A DNA stretch of 64,000 nt from Pseudomonadota bacterium (GTDB lineage Bacteria; UBA10199; 2-02-FULL-44-16; DYJF01). Each line of letters begins with the position of its first letter. Positions within the stretch are counted from its first letter, which is position 1. Made by a program: the position numbers and the translations under genes. The DNA is taken from assembly GCA_043823065.1 (NCBI GenBank), contig JBDRBB010000010.1, positions 192,001-256,000 of the forward strand, written 5' to 3'. Under the pieces are notes generated by a model that saw only the letters and a program-made list of their open reading frames with translations, was not told the DNA's origin and did not search any database. Shown here in pieces: positions 37,717 to 47,402 of the stretch.

Positions 37717-38934
37717 ATGCAAAAAATACTTACCAAAAACTTTTCTAATCCAGATTCGCATAAACTAGAAACTGCTAAAGCTAATGGTGCATATTCAAGT
37801 TTAGAAAAATTAAAAAAGCTTAGCCCTGCTCAAGTTATTGAAGAAATAATCGCTTCTGAGCTGCGTGGTAGGGGTGGAGCTGGTTTTTTAACTGGTCAAA
37901 AATGGTCATTTGTTCCTCAAAATTCTGGCCTACCCACCTATTTAATAGTTAATGCAGATGAAGGTGAGCCAGGAACTTTTAAGGACCGGGCCATTTTGGA
38001 GAAAGATCCTCATCTTTTAATTGAAGGTATTATTATTGCAGCGCATGCAATTCAGGCCAAGACTGTGTATGTATATTTTCGAGGCGAATATTATCAGCAA
38101 TGGCAAATTTTTTTAACAGCTTTGGAAGAAGCCAGACAAGATGGACTTTTATTGGATTTAATAATAATTACTCATCGTGGAGCTGGTGCTTATATTTGTG
38201 GCGAAGAAACAGCACTTCTTAATTCTTTGGAAGGCAAAAGAGGATTGCCGCGCAGTAAACCACCCTATCCAGCTAGCCAGGGTTTGTTTAATGCTCCCAC
38301 AGTTGTGAATAATGTGGAAACCTTGGCCAACTTGCCCTTTATTATCAACCAGGGGGCAAAGGCTTTTACCAAAATTGGCACTAAAGAAAGCAAGGGAACC
38401 AAGCTAATTAGTGTGTGTGGCCATATTAATTGTCCTGGAGTTTATGAAATAGAAATGGGCTTGCCCCTAGCAACTTTTTTGGCAGAATATGCTGGGGGAA
38501 CAATAGAGGAAAGGCCAATTAAAGCTGTTTTCCCAGGGGGAATTTCTTCGCCAATCTTGACTGCCCAAGAAACTTTAAGAACCAACATTTCCTATGAATC
38601 TTTGAGAGCTGCAGGCAGCATGTTAGGTTCAGGTGGGATGATTGTTATAGATGAAAGCTATTTAATGTCTGAAATATTGCATGATGTAGCTAAATTTTTT
38701 CAACACGAATCTTGTGGACAGTGTACGCCTTGTCGGGAAGGTACTGGTTGGGTTTATAAAATTGCCCAAAAAATTAGACAGGGTTATGCTTCGAATAAAG
38801 ATTTGGATTTATTACTAGAGCTGGCTGATAATATGCAGGGTAAAACAATCTGCGTGTTTGCTGATGCCCTGGCTATGCCCCTGCGTTCGTTGGTTACAAA
38901 GTTTAGGGATGAGCTTAAGATACATATTAAATAA
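37717..38934 (+). CDS. nuoF: NADH-quinone oxidoreductase subunit F
   Basis: LRGRGGAGF, NADEGEPGTFKDR, GAGAYICGEETAL and ESCGQCTPCREG. Confidence 0.96.
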   Translation: MQKILTKNFSNPDSHKLETAKANGAYSSLEKLKKLSPAQVIEEIIASELRGRGGAGFLTGQKWSFVPQNSGLPTYLIVNADEGEPGTFKDRAILEKDPHLLIEGIIIAAHAIQAKTVYVYFRGEYYQQWQIFLTALEEARQDGLLLDLIIITHRGAGAYICGEETALLNSLEGKRGLPRSKPPYPASQGLFNAPTVVNNVETLANLPFIINQGAKAFTKIGTKESKGTKLISVCGHINCPGVYEIEMGLPLATFLAEYAGGTIEERPIKAVFPGGISSPILTAQETLRTNISYESLRAAGSMLGSGGMIVIDESYLMSEILHDVAKFFQHESCGQCTPCREGTGWVYKIAQKIRQGYASNKDLDLLLELADNMQGKTICVFADALAMPLRSLVTKFRDELKIHIK

Positions 38935-38943
38935 TAATATTAT

Positions 38944-39082
38944 AAATATCCAAATTCTAATGACCTAAATACTAAACAATTTCTAATTACCAAAATTCAA
39001 ATGTTCAAAACAAATAGTTTTGGTCATTTGAAAATGAGGATTTTGAATTTGTTTAGAATTTAGATATTAGAATTTAGGATTT
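38944..39082. repeat. AT-rich inverted-repeat element family E
   Basis: Similar to 7422..7569. Confidence 0.8.
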
Positions 39083-39086
39083 CTCC

Positions 39087-40511
39087 ATGATTAAACTTGT
39101 TATAGACAATATTGTCGTTGAAACAAATGAGGGAACCACAATATTAGAGGCAGCCAAACAGGTGGGTATTGAGATTCCGCATTTTTGCTATCATCCCAGC
39201 TTGTCTAAGCCTGCTAATTGCCGATTGTGTGCTGTGGAAGTAAAAGGGCATGACCAACCTGTTATGTCTTGCCAACAAGAAGTTGCACCAGGCATGGAAG
39301 TGCTTACCAATTCCAGTTTGGCGCTTGATACCAGGCGGCAAGTTTTGGAATTTATTTTAATTAATCATCCTGTGGATTGCCCTGTGTGTGATCAATCAGG
39401 AGAGTGTAAGCTACAAGATTATTATCAAGCTTATTCCTTGCAGCCTTCGCGCTTTGCAGAAAAAAAAGTAGCTAAAACCAAAGCCAGGCCAATTGGGAAA
39501 CAGGTGATCTTAGATGCCGAGCGCTGCGTGGAGTGTACGCGCTGCATCAGGTTTTGCGAAGAAATTACCAAGACCAAGGAACTGGTTATCACTAAAAGAA
39601 GTGATCAATCGGAAATAGCTGTTTTTCCAGATCAGCAGCTTGATAACCCCTATTCGCTTTGTACTGTTGATTTGTGTCCAGTGGGCGCTTTAACCAGCCG
39701 GGATTTTCGTTTTCTAAAAAGAGTTTGGTTTTTAGAAACCAGGCCCAGTATTTGCGCTGCATGTGCTAATGGTTGCAACATATATGTGGATCATGCTGAT
39801 GGGAAAGTGTTCAGGTTTCGTGCCAGGGAGAATCAAGATATCAACAAGTATTGGCTTTGTGATCAGGGACGCCTTTCTTATAAAAAAAATAATGCTCAGG
39901 ATAGAATAACTAGGCCCTTTATCTATATTGACCATAAACCAATTTATGTTTCTTGGCCAAAAGCGATTTCAGAAGTGATTAAATTAATTGTAGAGACAGA
40001 TTCCCAAGATATGGTTGGTGTGCTTTCAGCAACAGCAACAAACGAAGAAAATCAGGCATTTTTTGAATTATATAAGGATGAGCTAAAGGTTTCTCAAATT
40101 TGTTACAGTGGTTTAGATGAAGATTATAGTTTTGGAGATAATTTTTTGAGAAAAGCAGATCGTAATCCTAACCAAAAAGGTGTTTGGCAAATCACCAAAC
40201 AACGTTTAGAAAAACCAGGCCATTATGGATATATTATTTTAGATGGAATTAGTCCAAACGAATTAGCTAGAATTGCCCACGCTAAACCAAAATGGATGGT
40301 CTTGGTTACCACACAGCATAATTTAGATATTAGTTTTCCTAATATCGTTTTACCTAAAGCTACACATTTGGAGCAAGCAGGTAGTTTTATTAATTTTTCC
40401 GGAATTGAACAGAGATTTGAGAAAGTGCTAGAGCCTAAAGATGAAGCGCTTTCTGGAGTTGAAATAGCGAGGCTCATAGGTAGTCATTGCAAGGAACCCT
40501 TCGGCTCGTAA
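39087..40511 (+). CDS. nuoG: NADH-quinone oxidoreductase subunit G (short form)
   Basis: IPHFCYHP, CRLC, NHPVDCPVCDQSGECKLQD, RCVECTRC and CPVGAL. The stop codon lies inside a repeat. Confidence 0.9.
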   Translation: MIKLVIDNIVVETNEGTTILEAAKQVGIEIPHFCYHPSLSKPANCRLCAVEVKGHDQPVMSCQQEVAPGMEVLTNSSLALDTRRQVLEFILINHPVDCPVCDQSGECKLQDYYQAYSLQPSRFAEKKVAKTKARPIGKQVILDAERCVECTRCIRFCEEITKTKELVITKRSDQSEIAVFPDQQLDNPYSLCTVDLCPVGALTSRDFRFLKRVWFLETRPSICAACANGCNIYVDHADGKVFRFRARENQDINKYWLCDQGRLSYKKNNAQDRITRPFIYIDHKPIYVSWPKAISEVIKLIVETDSQDMVGVLSATATNEENQAFFELYKDELKVSQICYSGLDEDYSFGDNFLRKADRNPNQKGVWQITKQRLEKPGHYGYIILDGISPNELARIAHAKPKWMVLVTTQHNLDISFPNIVLPKATHLEQAGSFINFSGIEQRFEKVLEPKDEALSGVEIARLIGSHCKEPFGS

Positions 40512-40629
40512 CCGTTCGTTCTGAGCTTGTCGAAGAATGAACGGCTCGCTCAGGGCAGGCTCCGTGACGAAGCAATCCAGTCAAGAGGCCTGGATCGCTA
40601 CGTCGCCCTTGCGGCCTCCTCGCGATGAC
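40483..40629. repeat. Composite REP element: family C nested inside family B
   Basis: GTCATTGCAAGGA..CCCTTCG [CCGTTCGTTCTGAGCTTGTCGAAGAATGAACGG] ...GACGAAGCAATCC...CTCGCGATGAC. Confidence 0.75.
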
Positions 40630-40651
40630 AGCGCGGGGTAGAGTGAGTTTT

Positions 40652-41938
40652 ATGACAGAAGTTATTATGAATAATATATTAATCTTAATTGCTGCTGCAA
40701 AGATTGTGTTCATTTTTACCCTGGTGCTTTCTTTTGTGCCAATTTTGATCTGGCTGGAGCGCAAAGGAGCAGCCTATATTCAAGATCGACGCGGACCAAA
40801 CCGGGCTTCTATCTTGGGCATTAGATTGGGCGGGGTAATCCATTCCCTGGCTGATGCTTTAAAGCTTTTTTTCAAAGAAGAATTAATTGCTGGCCCAAGC
40901 TTTAAGCCGCTTTTTTATTTAGCGCCTATAGTTGCCTTTTTTGTGGCTACTGCAACCATGGCCATCATTCCTTTTACCGAAAACATCTTAATTAATGGCC
41001 AGAATTTTTGTCTGCAGATTGCAAACCTAGAAGTAGGATTAATTTACGTATTTGCCCTTTCTGCCTTAGGGGTGTTTGCCACATTAATGGCTGGCTGGGC
41101 TGCTTGTGGAAAATATTCTGTACTAGGCGCTTTAAGGGCTAGTTCACAAATGATTAGTTATGAATTAGCCATGGGGTTAGCTGTGCTTTCCATTTTTTTA
41201 TTAGCAGGTTCTTTAAACTTGCAAGATATTATTTCAGATCAAGGCCCTCAAGTTTGGCGCTGGAATATTGTGCGTCAACCCTTGGCTTTTATTATCTTTC
41301 TGGTTGCTCTTTTTGCCGAGACCAACCGTTTGCCTTTTGATTTAGCTGAAGCTGAATCAGAATTGGTAGCTGGTTATCATACTGAATATTCCAGCATGAA
41401 ATTCGCGCTTTTCTTTATGTCTGAATATGCTCATATGATTATTGGTTCTTTGATTATTGCCACCTTGTTTTTAGGTGGTTGGCAAATTCCTTTTATCAGC
41501 TCTGATTTTTTATTTAAGCATGCAGATCAAATTTTGTTCAGGGGTTCTTTTTTAGTAGCAATTTTATTGGTAATTATAGGCAGCTTGCTTATGAGCAGGT
41601 TTCAGAAAATATATCAAGACTTGCGCGATTATGAGCCAGTTATTATTGGTGGATTTTTTGTTTTAATAGGTTTAGCGCTGCTGGCTGGTTGGATTATTTT
41701 GCAAAACATGGGTTTTTGGCAGAACTTGCCAGCTTGGGCAGGAGCAGTTAGCATCTCTTTAATTCAACTTGGGGTAATGCTATTCAAAGCCTTTATATTC
41801 TGTCTGTTTTTTATTTGGGTGCGCTGGACCTTGCCCCGTTTTAGATATGACCAGTTAATGCGTTTAGGTTGGAAAATGATGATACCTTTGGGTATTGTAA
41901 ATACTTTAGTAACTAGCGCAGTTATAGTGTTTGGGTAA
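40652..41938 (+). CDS. nuoH: NADH-quinone oxidoreductase subunit H
   Basis: WLERK..AYIQDRRGPNR, AETNRLPFDL.EAESELVAGYHTEYS and TLPRFRYDQLM. Confidence 0.95.
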   Translation: MTEVIMNNILILIAAAKIVFIFTLVLSFVPILIWLERKGAAYIQDRRGPNRASILGIRLGGVIHSLADALKLFFKEELIAGPSFKPLFYLAPIVAFFVATATMAIIPFTENILINGQNFCLQIANLEVGLIYVFALSALGVFATLMAGWAACGKYSVLGALRASSQMISYELAMGLAVLSIFLLAGSLNLQDIISDQGPQVWRWNIVRQPLAFIIFLVALFAETNRLPFDLAEAESELVAGYHTEYSSMKFALFFMSEYAHMIIGSLIIATLFLGGWQIPFISSDFLFKHADQILFRGSFLVAILLVIIGSLLMSRFQKIYQDLRDYEPVIIGGFFVLIGLALLAGWIILQNMGFWQNLPAWAGAVSISLIQLGVMLFKAFIFCLFFIWVRWTLPRFRYDQLMRLGWKMMIPLGIVNTLVTSAVIVFG

Positions 41939-41941
41939 TAT

Positions 41942-42436
41942 ATGGAAGTAATCATCTTTTATACATTAGCAGCAGCAACAATAATATCAGCTCTCTTAGT
42001 AATCACCAGAGTTAATCCTTTAATGAGCGCTTTGATGTTGGTGGCGTGTTTTTTGTTTACTGCCCTGATTTTTGCCACTTTATCTGCGCCCTTTATCGCA
42101 GTTCTCCAGGTTTTGATTTATGCAGGTGCAATTATGGTGCTTTTTATTTTTGTGATTATGTTGGTGCATTTGGATCAAAAAAGTCTCAAGCCTCGTATTA
42201 TAACTTTTAGTAAGATAATTGGGGCAAGCGCTGCTCTTTATCTACTCTTGGTTTTTATTATTTCAGTTTGGGTGCCGCCATTTATTCAAGCCCCACAAGT
42301 AGGCGCAGCTTTTAGCTCTCCTGCTAGTTTGGGTCGGGAATTAATTACTAAATATATTATACCTTTTGAGATTATTTCCGTATTGCTTTTAATAGCAATG
42401 ATAGGTGTTATAGTGTTAGCAAAGAAAAAAATATAA
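41942..42436 (+). CDS. nuoJ: NADH-quinone oxidoreductase subunit J
   Basis: QVLIYAGAIMVLFIFVIML and PFEIISVLLL.A. Confidence 0.93.
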   Translation: MEVIIFYTLAAATIISALLVITRVNPLMSALMLVACFLFTALIFATLSAPFIAVLQVLIYAGAIMVLFIFVIMLVHLDQKSLKPRIITFSKIIGASAALYLLLVFIISVWVPPFIQAPQVGAAFSSPASLGRELITKYIIPFEIISVLLLIAMIGVIVLAKKKI

Positions 42437-42438
42437 AT

Positions 42439-42750
42439 TTGACCATGGAAATAACACTTCACCACTACTTAATCTTAGCAATTGTTTTATTCACCATTGG
42501 TGTCATTGGCGTGGTAGCAAGGCGCAATGTTTTAATTATTTTTATGTCTGTAGAATTGATGCTCAATGCAGCGAATATTGTATTTTTGGCTTTTGCCCGT
42601 TGGAATTTGTTAATTTCCGGTAAAATAATAGTATTATTTGTCCTGGGCGTGGCTGCTGCTGAAGCAGCAATTGGCCTGGCTATTGTCATGCTTATTTTTC
42701 GACAACGCCAAACTCTTTATGTAGATGAATTTAGATTGCTCAAAGGTTGA
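42439..42750 (+). CDS. nuoK: NADH-quinone oxidoreductase subunit K
   Basis: RRN...MSVELMLNA and VAAAEAAIGLAI. Confidence 0.95.
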   Translation: MTMEITLHHYLILAIVLFTIGVIGVVARRNVLIIFMSVELMLNAANIVFLAFARWNLLISGKIIVLFVLGVAAAEAAIGLAIVMLIFRQRQTLYVDEFRLLKG

Positions 42751-42753
42751 TTC

Positions 42754-43020
42754 TTAAAAACCCAGATCACCAAAATCACCAAGCTGTTGCATTTTTTCTG
42801 CTGTGGCATATTGCATCTTTTTTACAGCATCATTAATGCAATCTTTAACCGTCTTGGCTTGCTGGCCATGATCTAGTTCTGGATTAAGGGTGATATCTTC
42901 AATTTGAATATTGCCGTTGATAATTACAGTTACTCCATTTTTCTCCACTTCCATTTTTTCCCGCTTTAATTCCTTTTGGATTTTTCTGAGTTTCTTGATC
43001 TGTTTGATTTTTCCTAACAT
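42754..43020 (-). CDS. YbaB/EbfC nucleoid-associated protein
   Basis: MLGKIKQ..K..KIQKEL, GVTVIING and INDAVKK; GGAGGA RBS. Confidence 0.8.
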   Translation of the reverse strand: MLGKIKQIKKLRKIQKELKREKMEVEKNGVTVIINGNIQIEDITLNPELDHGQQAKTVKDCINDAVKKMQYATAEKMQQLGDFGDLGF

Positions 43021-44983
43021 GAAATTCCTCCTTAATTTGTTCAGGATTTCTGCCAATTAACCATAAGATTGCAAATAAGACAAGTAGTCCTAATCCATAT
43101 AAATAAGGTGTGGCAATGCCGTAGGCTGCAGGAATATAGCCGCAGGCCGCAGCTACAATCATACACAAAATAGCATAAGGCATTTGAGTGCGTACATGGT
43201 CAGTTAAATCACAAGCAGAGGAAAGAGAGGAGAGCACAGTGGTATCAGAAATTGGTGAACAATGATCGCCAAAGATTGCACCATCTAAAACCGCGCCCAA
43301 GGTCATAACCAGTAGCGTTGGATCTCCTTGGATAAAGGCTAGAGGTGCAACTGTGGGAATTAAAAGACCCATAGTGCCAAAGGATGTGCCAGTAGCAAAG
43401 GATACAGCAGAAGCAACCAAAAAGATAACCAAGGGTAATAGTAAAGGCGATAAAATATCCTTGACCAAAGAAGCGATAAAAAAAGCTGTGCCTAAATCAT
43501 CACAGACATTGCGAATGGCCCAGGCCAAAACCAAAATGATTGCCGCTGGCAGAATACGCCAAGCGCTGAAAAATGATTTGATAATTTCTGTAAACCCCAA
43601 GATTTTTTGGCTTAACAAAAGGATAATTGTAACTATTGTGCCAAATATCGCTCCAAATAACATTAACTCAAAAAGTGTGTTGCCATCTCCGCCGATTCTT
43701 AAAAAGCATTCTAAAAGACCTTTGGTGCTCCAGATTGAAACAGATAGACCAGCTTCCTGAATAAGCTGTGAGCCCCGCCAAAAAATTCCCACAAACAAGA
43801 AAACCACTACACTGAGCACAGGCATTACAGCATTGAACCAGCGGGCTGGAACCCCTGCTTTGGGGTTAGCAGCTTCAATCATAGGATCTATGACATGATC
43901 AGAATCAGGGTTTTCCACTTCACCTTTAAGAAAGGCCCTTCTTTCAGCATGTAGCATTGGACCAAAATCTCGTCTTAAAAAAGCCACCATAAACACAAAC
44001 AAGATGGTGAAGATACAATAGAATCTAAAAGGCAAAGCTTTGAGAAAAAGGGTATAGCCGCTCAAACCAATACCCATAAATTCAGACATCTTGTGCAGCT
44101 GTAATACTTCAAAACCAATCCAGGTGGAAATAATAGCCAGACCTGCCAAAGGGGCAGTGGTGGAATCTACAATATAAGCTAGCTTTTCGCGGCTAACTTT
44201 CATTTTATCAGTAAAGCTGCGCATGGTCGTGCCCACTACGATGCAATTGGTATAGTCATCAAAAAAGATTAATAAACCCATGGTAGCTGCTGAAACGCAG
44301 GCAGTTCTAGCGCAGCGGGCAATCTTGGTAATTTGATTGATTACGCCAGCCATGCCCCCACCGCGGTTGATAATATTAACCATGCCTACCAATACAAAAA
44401 CAAATCCCAGAATCATCAGGCTAAAGTCACCAAGAAAATTACCTAAAAAATAGCCAGTGGCAGCGTGCCAGGTTGCTTTGGGAATGTTAAAGTCATAGTG
44501 GATAAATGATCCTAAAAGTATGGCCAAAGAAATGGATAAAATAACTCTTCTTAAACTAATAGCTAAAATAATGGCTAAAAGCGGAGGTAAAAGTGAGGTC
44601 CAGGTGCCTAAAGCCAGGGTGCGCGATGCGCTAAATAAGCTGGCTTTTTCTTTGTTTAATTCTAATGAAACAGAAAGATTGCCTTGATCTTCCAAAACCT
44701 GGACTGATAAATTATGTTCTGCTCCAGGTTTAAAGCTGAGATTAGTTTGTTTTTGCAGTTCTTTTTGTATTATAGTTTTAAGCTCTTCCTTTCCTTGATA
44801 GTTAAATTCAACATTTGGGTTGCCAAGTTCTGCAAGTTTACTGCTTAAATCATCACTTAAACCCCGAATCATAGTGATAGAGGTAAGCTCTTGAAGGTAA
44901 GAGGTGTTTCCTTTAAGAAAAGAACTAGCATAGAAAACTACGGCAGTAATAAGACCAGCTATGATAATTTGTTTTTTTTTCAT
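42899..44983 (-). CDS. Na+/H+ antiporter NhaC family protein
   Basis: IFFDDY, SREKLAYIVDST, FATGTSFGT, GAIFGDHCSPISDTTVLSS and HVRTQMPYA. Confidence 0.9.
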   Translation of the reverse strand: MKKKQIIIAGLITAVVFYASSFLKGNTSYLQELTSITMIRGLSDDLSSKLAELGNPNVEFNYQGKEELKTIIQKELQKQTNLSFKPGAEHNLSVQVLEDQGNLSVSLELNKEKASLFSASRTLALGTWTSLLPPLLAIILAISLRRVILSISLAILLGSFIHYDFNIPKATWHAATGYFLGNFLGDFSLMILGFVFVLVGMVNIINRGGGMAGVINQITKIARCARTACVSAATMGLLIFFDDYTNCIVVGTTMRSFTDKMKVSREKLAYIVDSTTAPLAGLAIISTWIGFEVLQLHKMSEFMGIGLSGYTLFLKALPFRFYCIFTILFVFMVAFLRRDFGPMLHAERRAFLKGEVENPDSDHVIDPMIEAANPKAGVPARWFNAVMPVLSVVVFLFVGIFWRGSQLIQEAGLSVSIWSTKGLLECFLRIGGDGNTLFELMLFGAIFGTIVTIILLLSQKILGFTEIIKSFFSAWRILPAAIILVLAWAIRNVCDDLGTAFFIASLVKDILSPLLLPLVIFLVASAVSFATGTSFGTMGLLIPTVAPLAFIQGDPTLLVMTLGAVLDGAIFGDHCSPISDTTVLSSLSSACDLTDHVRTQMPYAILCMIVAAACGYIPAAYGIATPYLYGLGLLVLFAILWLIGRNPEQIKEEFHVRKNQTDQETQKNPKGIKAGKNGSGEKWSNCNYQRQYSN

Positions 44984-45088
44984 AATGCGTCTTTACATGC
45001 CTTGAAATCGCAAATTCGTCAATGCTAACTGAAGGTTGTGCTTGGATGATAAATATTGTATAAATCAAAAAAAACAAAAGGGGGAAGT

Positions 45089-45571
45089 ATGAAAAAAGTA
45101 ATCGGTGTTGGGTTGGCATTAGCGATTGGCCTGAGCTTTTCTCAGGCAGCAATGGCTGAAAAAACAAAATTAAAAGGCAAAGATGCCAGTATGCATCAGA
45201 TTATTCTGAGCACCAAACCAGCTGATGTGGAAATAGTTGGTCCGTATCAACATTCAATTAAATTATATCAGCTTAAAACAGATGAACTAGCTTACTGGGT
45301 TCCTGAAGGCGGAAAATATATTGTTGATGGCAATTACGCCTATCTTTGGTGCCGAGTTTATAAGAAAAATGACGCTAAATCAAAATATCATTGGCTTGCC
45401 ATTGCCAATAGTGCCTTAAACAAGGCTTTGAAAGTGGGGCATGAGTATCAAGGCGGAGTTGCTTTTTATCAGCTAACCTATGATGGCAAAATGTTGCACT
45501 TTAAGGCTTATCTCTATTCTACGCTACATGCCATAGCTGCTGGCGAGAAGGTCATTGATATGCGGGAATGA
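45089..45571 (+). CDS. Hypothetical exported protein
   Basis: Signal peptide MKKVIG...AMA; GGGGGA RBS. Confidence 0.7.
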   Translation: MKKVIGVGLALAIGLSFSQAAMAEKTKLKGKDASMHQIILSTKPADVEIVGPYQHSIKLYQLKTDELAYWVPEGGKYIVDGNYAYLWCRVYKKNDAKSKYHWLAIANSALNKALKVGHEYQGGVAFYQLTYDGKMLHFKAYLYSTLHAIAAGEKVIDMRE

Positions 45572-45666
45572 CAAAATAATATTATATGCCTGGCTGAACG
45601 CGTATGTTATAACACATTGACAATTTGGTCCAATGTACTATAGGTGCGCATTTTCAGGGAGGCTCT

Positions 45667-45954
45667 ATGTTTGCTGCAGGTGAAGACAATAGGATAAATA
45701 TAATCATGTCTAATGTTAGGGGTATGTCGCTTGGTTGTAATTGTTTGGTTGAAAATGATGTACTTTTAGGTTGCACCAATCAGATGGGAACAAGCCAAGG
45801 TTGTGATTATTTTGCCGTTGCTGATGATGCCGGCCAAACCTACTGGAGTTGTGCTACGATAAGTAATTCTCGAAATCATCAATTTAATTTATTTAATCTT
45901 ATCTTTGGAAATGATTTTCAGGCAATCTTGCATAGATTAAGAAGTTTGTTTTAA
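45667..45954 (+). CDS. Small Cys-containing lysine-free hypothetical protein
   Basis: GGAGG RBS before ATG 45667; 95 aa, 5 Cys, 0 Lys; followed by a terminator. Confidence 0.6.
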   Translation: MFAAGEDNRINIIMSNVRGMSLGCNCLVENDVLLGCTNQMGTSQGCDYFAVADDAGQTYWSCATISNSRNHQFNLFNLIFGNDFQAILHRLRSLF

Positions 45955-45956
45955 AA

Positions 45957-45986
45957 GAATGACCACTTTTTGGTGGTCATTTTTTT
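45957..45986. terminator. Probable bidirectional intrinsic terminator
   Basis: AATGACCAC-TTTTTG-GTGGTCATT-TTTTT between the convergent ORF and tRNA cluster. Confidence 0.7.
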
Positions 45987-45987
45987 G

Positions 45988-46060
45988 TGGAGCAGAGGAG
46001 ATTCGAACTCCCGACCCCCACGTTGCGAACGTGATGCTCTCCCAACTGAGCTACTGCCCC
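45988..46060 (-). tRNA. tRNA-Ala(CGC)
   Basis: GGGGCAGTAGCTCAGTTGGGAGAGCA TCACG TTCGCAA CGTGG GGGTCGGGAGTTCGAATCTCCTCTGCTCCA. Confidence 0.93.
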
Positions 46061-46070
46061 GAAAAAAATG

Positions 46071-46142
46071 CACCCCCGGCGGGAATCGAACCCACGCTTC
46101 CTGCTCCGGAGGCAGGTGCTCTATCCACTGAGCTACGGGGGT
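46071..46142 (-). tRNA. tRNA-Arg(CCG)
   Basis: ACCCCCGTAGCTCAGTGGATAGAGCA CCTGC CTCCGGA GCAGG ...GGTTCGATTCCCGCCGGGGGTG. Confidence 0.93.
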
Positions 46143-46152
46143 AAGGTTTTTG

Positions 46153-46224
46153 TGGGCGCGACAGGGATTGAACCTGTGGCTTCTACCGTGTGAAGGTAGC
46201 ACTCTCCCGCTGAGTTACGCGCCC
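46153..46224 (-). tRNA. tRNA-Val(CAC)
   Basis: GGGCGCGTAACTCAGCGGGAGAGTG CTACC TTCACAC GGTAG ...GGTTCAATCCCTGTCGCGCCCA. Confidence 0.93.
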
Positions 46225-46314
46225 TTAAAAGCTGTATATCGTCTTTCGTACGTCTTAAGGCAGCGGTATTCCTATATGAAAAAGAAAAAATGTTCAAGCA
46301 ATTACAATATTAGG

Positions 46315-46728
46315 TTAAATTTCTATTTTTACCTTGGTGTTTAAGGTGCGAGCAACTAGGCAGTATTCCTCAGCTTTTTCGCAGAGCATCTTTATCTTAA
46401 CATGATCAGTTTCAGATTCAGTTTTAACTGAAGGCCGAATCACAATCTCAGTTACTTGCTGATGTTTGCCATCTGCTGAAGAAACCTTGCCTTCAATTGT
46501 GGAAGAAAAACTTTTGATCTTAATGCGCATCTTTTCGGCAATAGACAAAAGTGTAAGTAAAAAACAGCTTTCTATAGAAGCCAAAAATAAGTGAGGAGGG
46601 GTCCATTCCTGAGGATGATCTTCAAAATTTTTCAATCCAACCAAATCCACTGGCGGACGATTTTCAAACAGAGAGGTGGTTTTTCCAGCCTCATAGCGAA
46701 GTTCTGTTGAAATTATTTTTGAATCCAT
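46315..46728 (-). CDS. OsmC family protein
   Basis: WTP.HLFLASIESCF and KAEEYCLVARTL. Confidence 0.85.
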   Translation of the reverse strand: MDSKIISTELRYEAGKTTSLFENRPPVDLVGLKNFEDHPQEWTPPHLFLASIESCFLLTLLSIAEKMRIKIKSFSSTIEGKVSSADGKHQQVTEIVIRPSVKTESETDHVKIKMLCEKAEEYCLVARTLNTKVKIEI

Positions 46729-46754
46729 AATTTTCCCCCTGGGTATTTGGTAAT

Positions 46755-47390
46755 CTATTTTTGGTTTGATATTTTTTTATTAACCTGGAAAAAACCGTCT
46801 TCAAGATTTTGGTTGATCTGAATGTTGGTGAACGTGTAGTTGGTGATATTGCCCGAAGGGTTTCTTACGCGCAGTTTAACTAAATAATTATCTTGGTTGA
46901 ACAAGGTGTCCAAAGTTTTATATTGGGCACTTTTATTCTTAGGGATCAGTTCAAGAGCGCTAAAGTTTTGCTCTACATTTTCAAATGCCTGAGATTTCTT
47001 GATCTTGAATTCTTCGTTTAATTTGCCAAAGCCAGCTAAAAAAGATAGGGCTTCTTTGGGTATGGTTTCATCATTTAATTCATATTCTTGCTGACTGGCC
47101 TTGTCCCCAACATTATAGATCCAAAGTTTTGTTCCATCAGAAACATAATGTTTTTCCGGATCTCCCTTATATTCAATTCTTAACTTACCACCTTTTTTAA
47201 AATAAAATTTTCCCTGCTTGGTCACTGTCTTATCAATCAGCTTAACATAAGTAGTCTGCGTAAAATCCGCACTTATGGTTTCAATGTCTTGATAGGTCTT
47301 CTGAATTGCCTCAATTTGCTCATTCAAAGAACCAGCATAAGCAATTGATGCAAATAAAAGAATTAATATAGTGACAGGTATAAATTTCAT
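46755..47390 (-). CDS. lolA: Outer-membrane lipoprotein carrier LolA
   Basis: Signal peptide, ADFTQ, GK.YFKK.GKLR.EY and VSDGTKLWIY; downstream of ftsK. Confidence 0.88.
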   Translation of the reverse strand: MKFIPVTILILLFASIAYAGSLNEQIEAIQKTYQDIETISADFTQTTYVKLIDKTVTKQGKFYFKKGGKLRIEYKGDPEKHYVSDGTKLWIYNVGDKASQQEYELNDETIPKEALSFLAGFGKLNEEFKIKKSQAFENVEQNFSALELIPKNKSAQYKTLDTLFNQDNYLVKLRVRNPSGNITNYTFTNIQINQNLEDGFFQVNKKISNQK

Positions 47391-47402
47391 ATTTGGTGTT
47401 AT

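Noticed and set aside
45571..46224. Prophage or genomic island at the tRNA cluster
   Set aside because: No integrase, no duplicated tRNA 3' end and no phage genes were seen.
45951..46344. ORFs 45951..46202, 45959..46144 and 46150..46344
   Set aside because: They overlap three clear tRNA genes.
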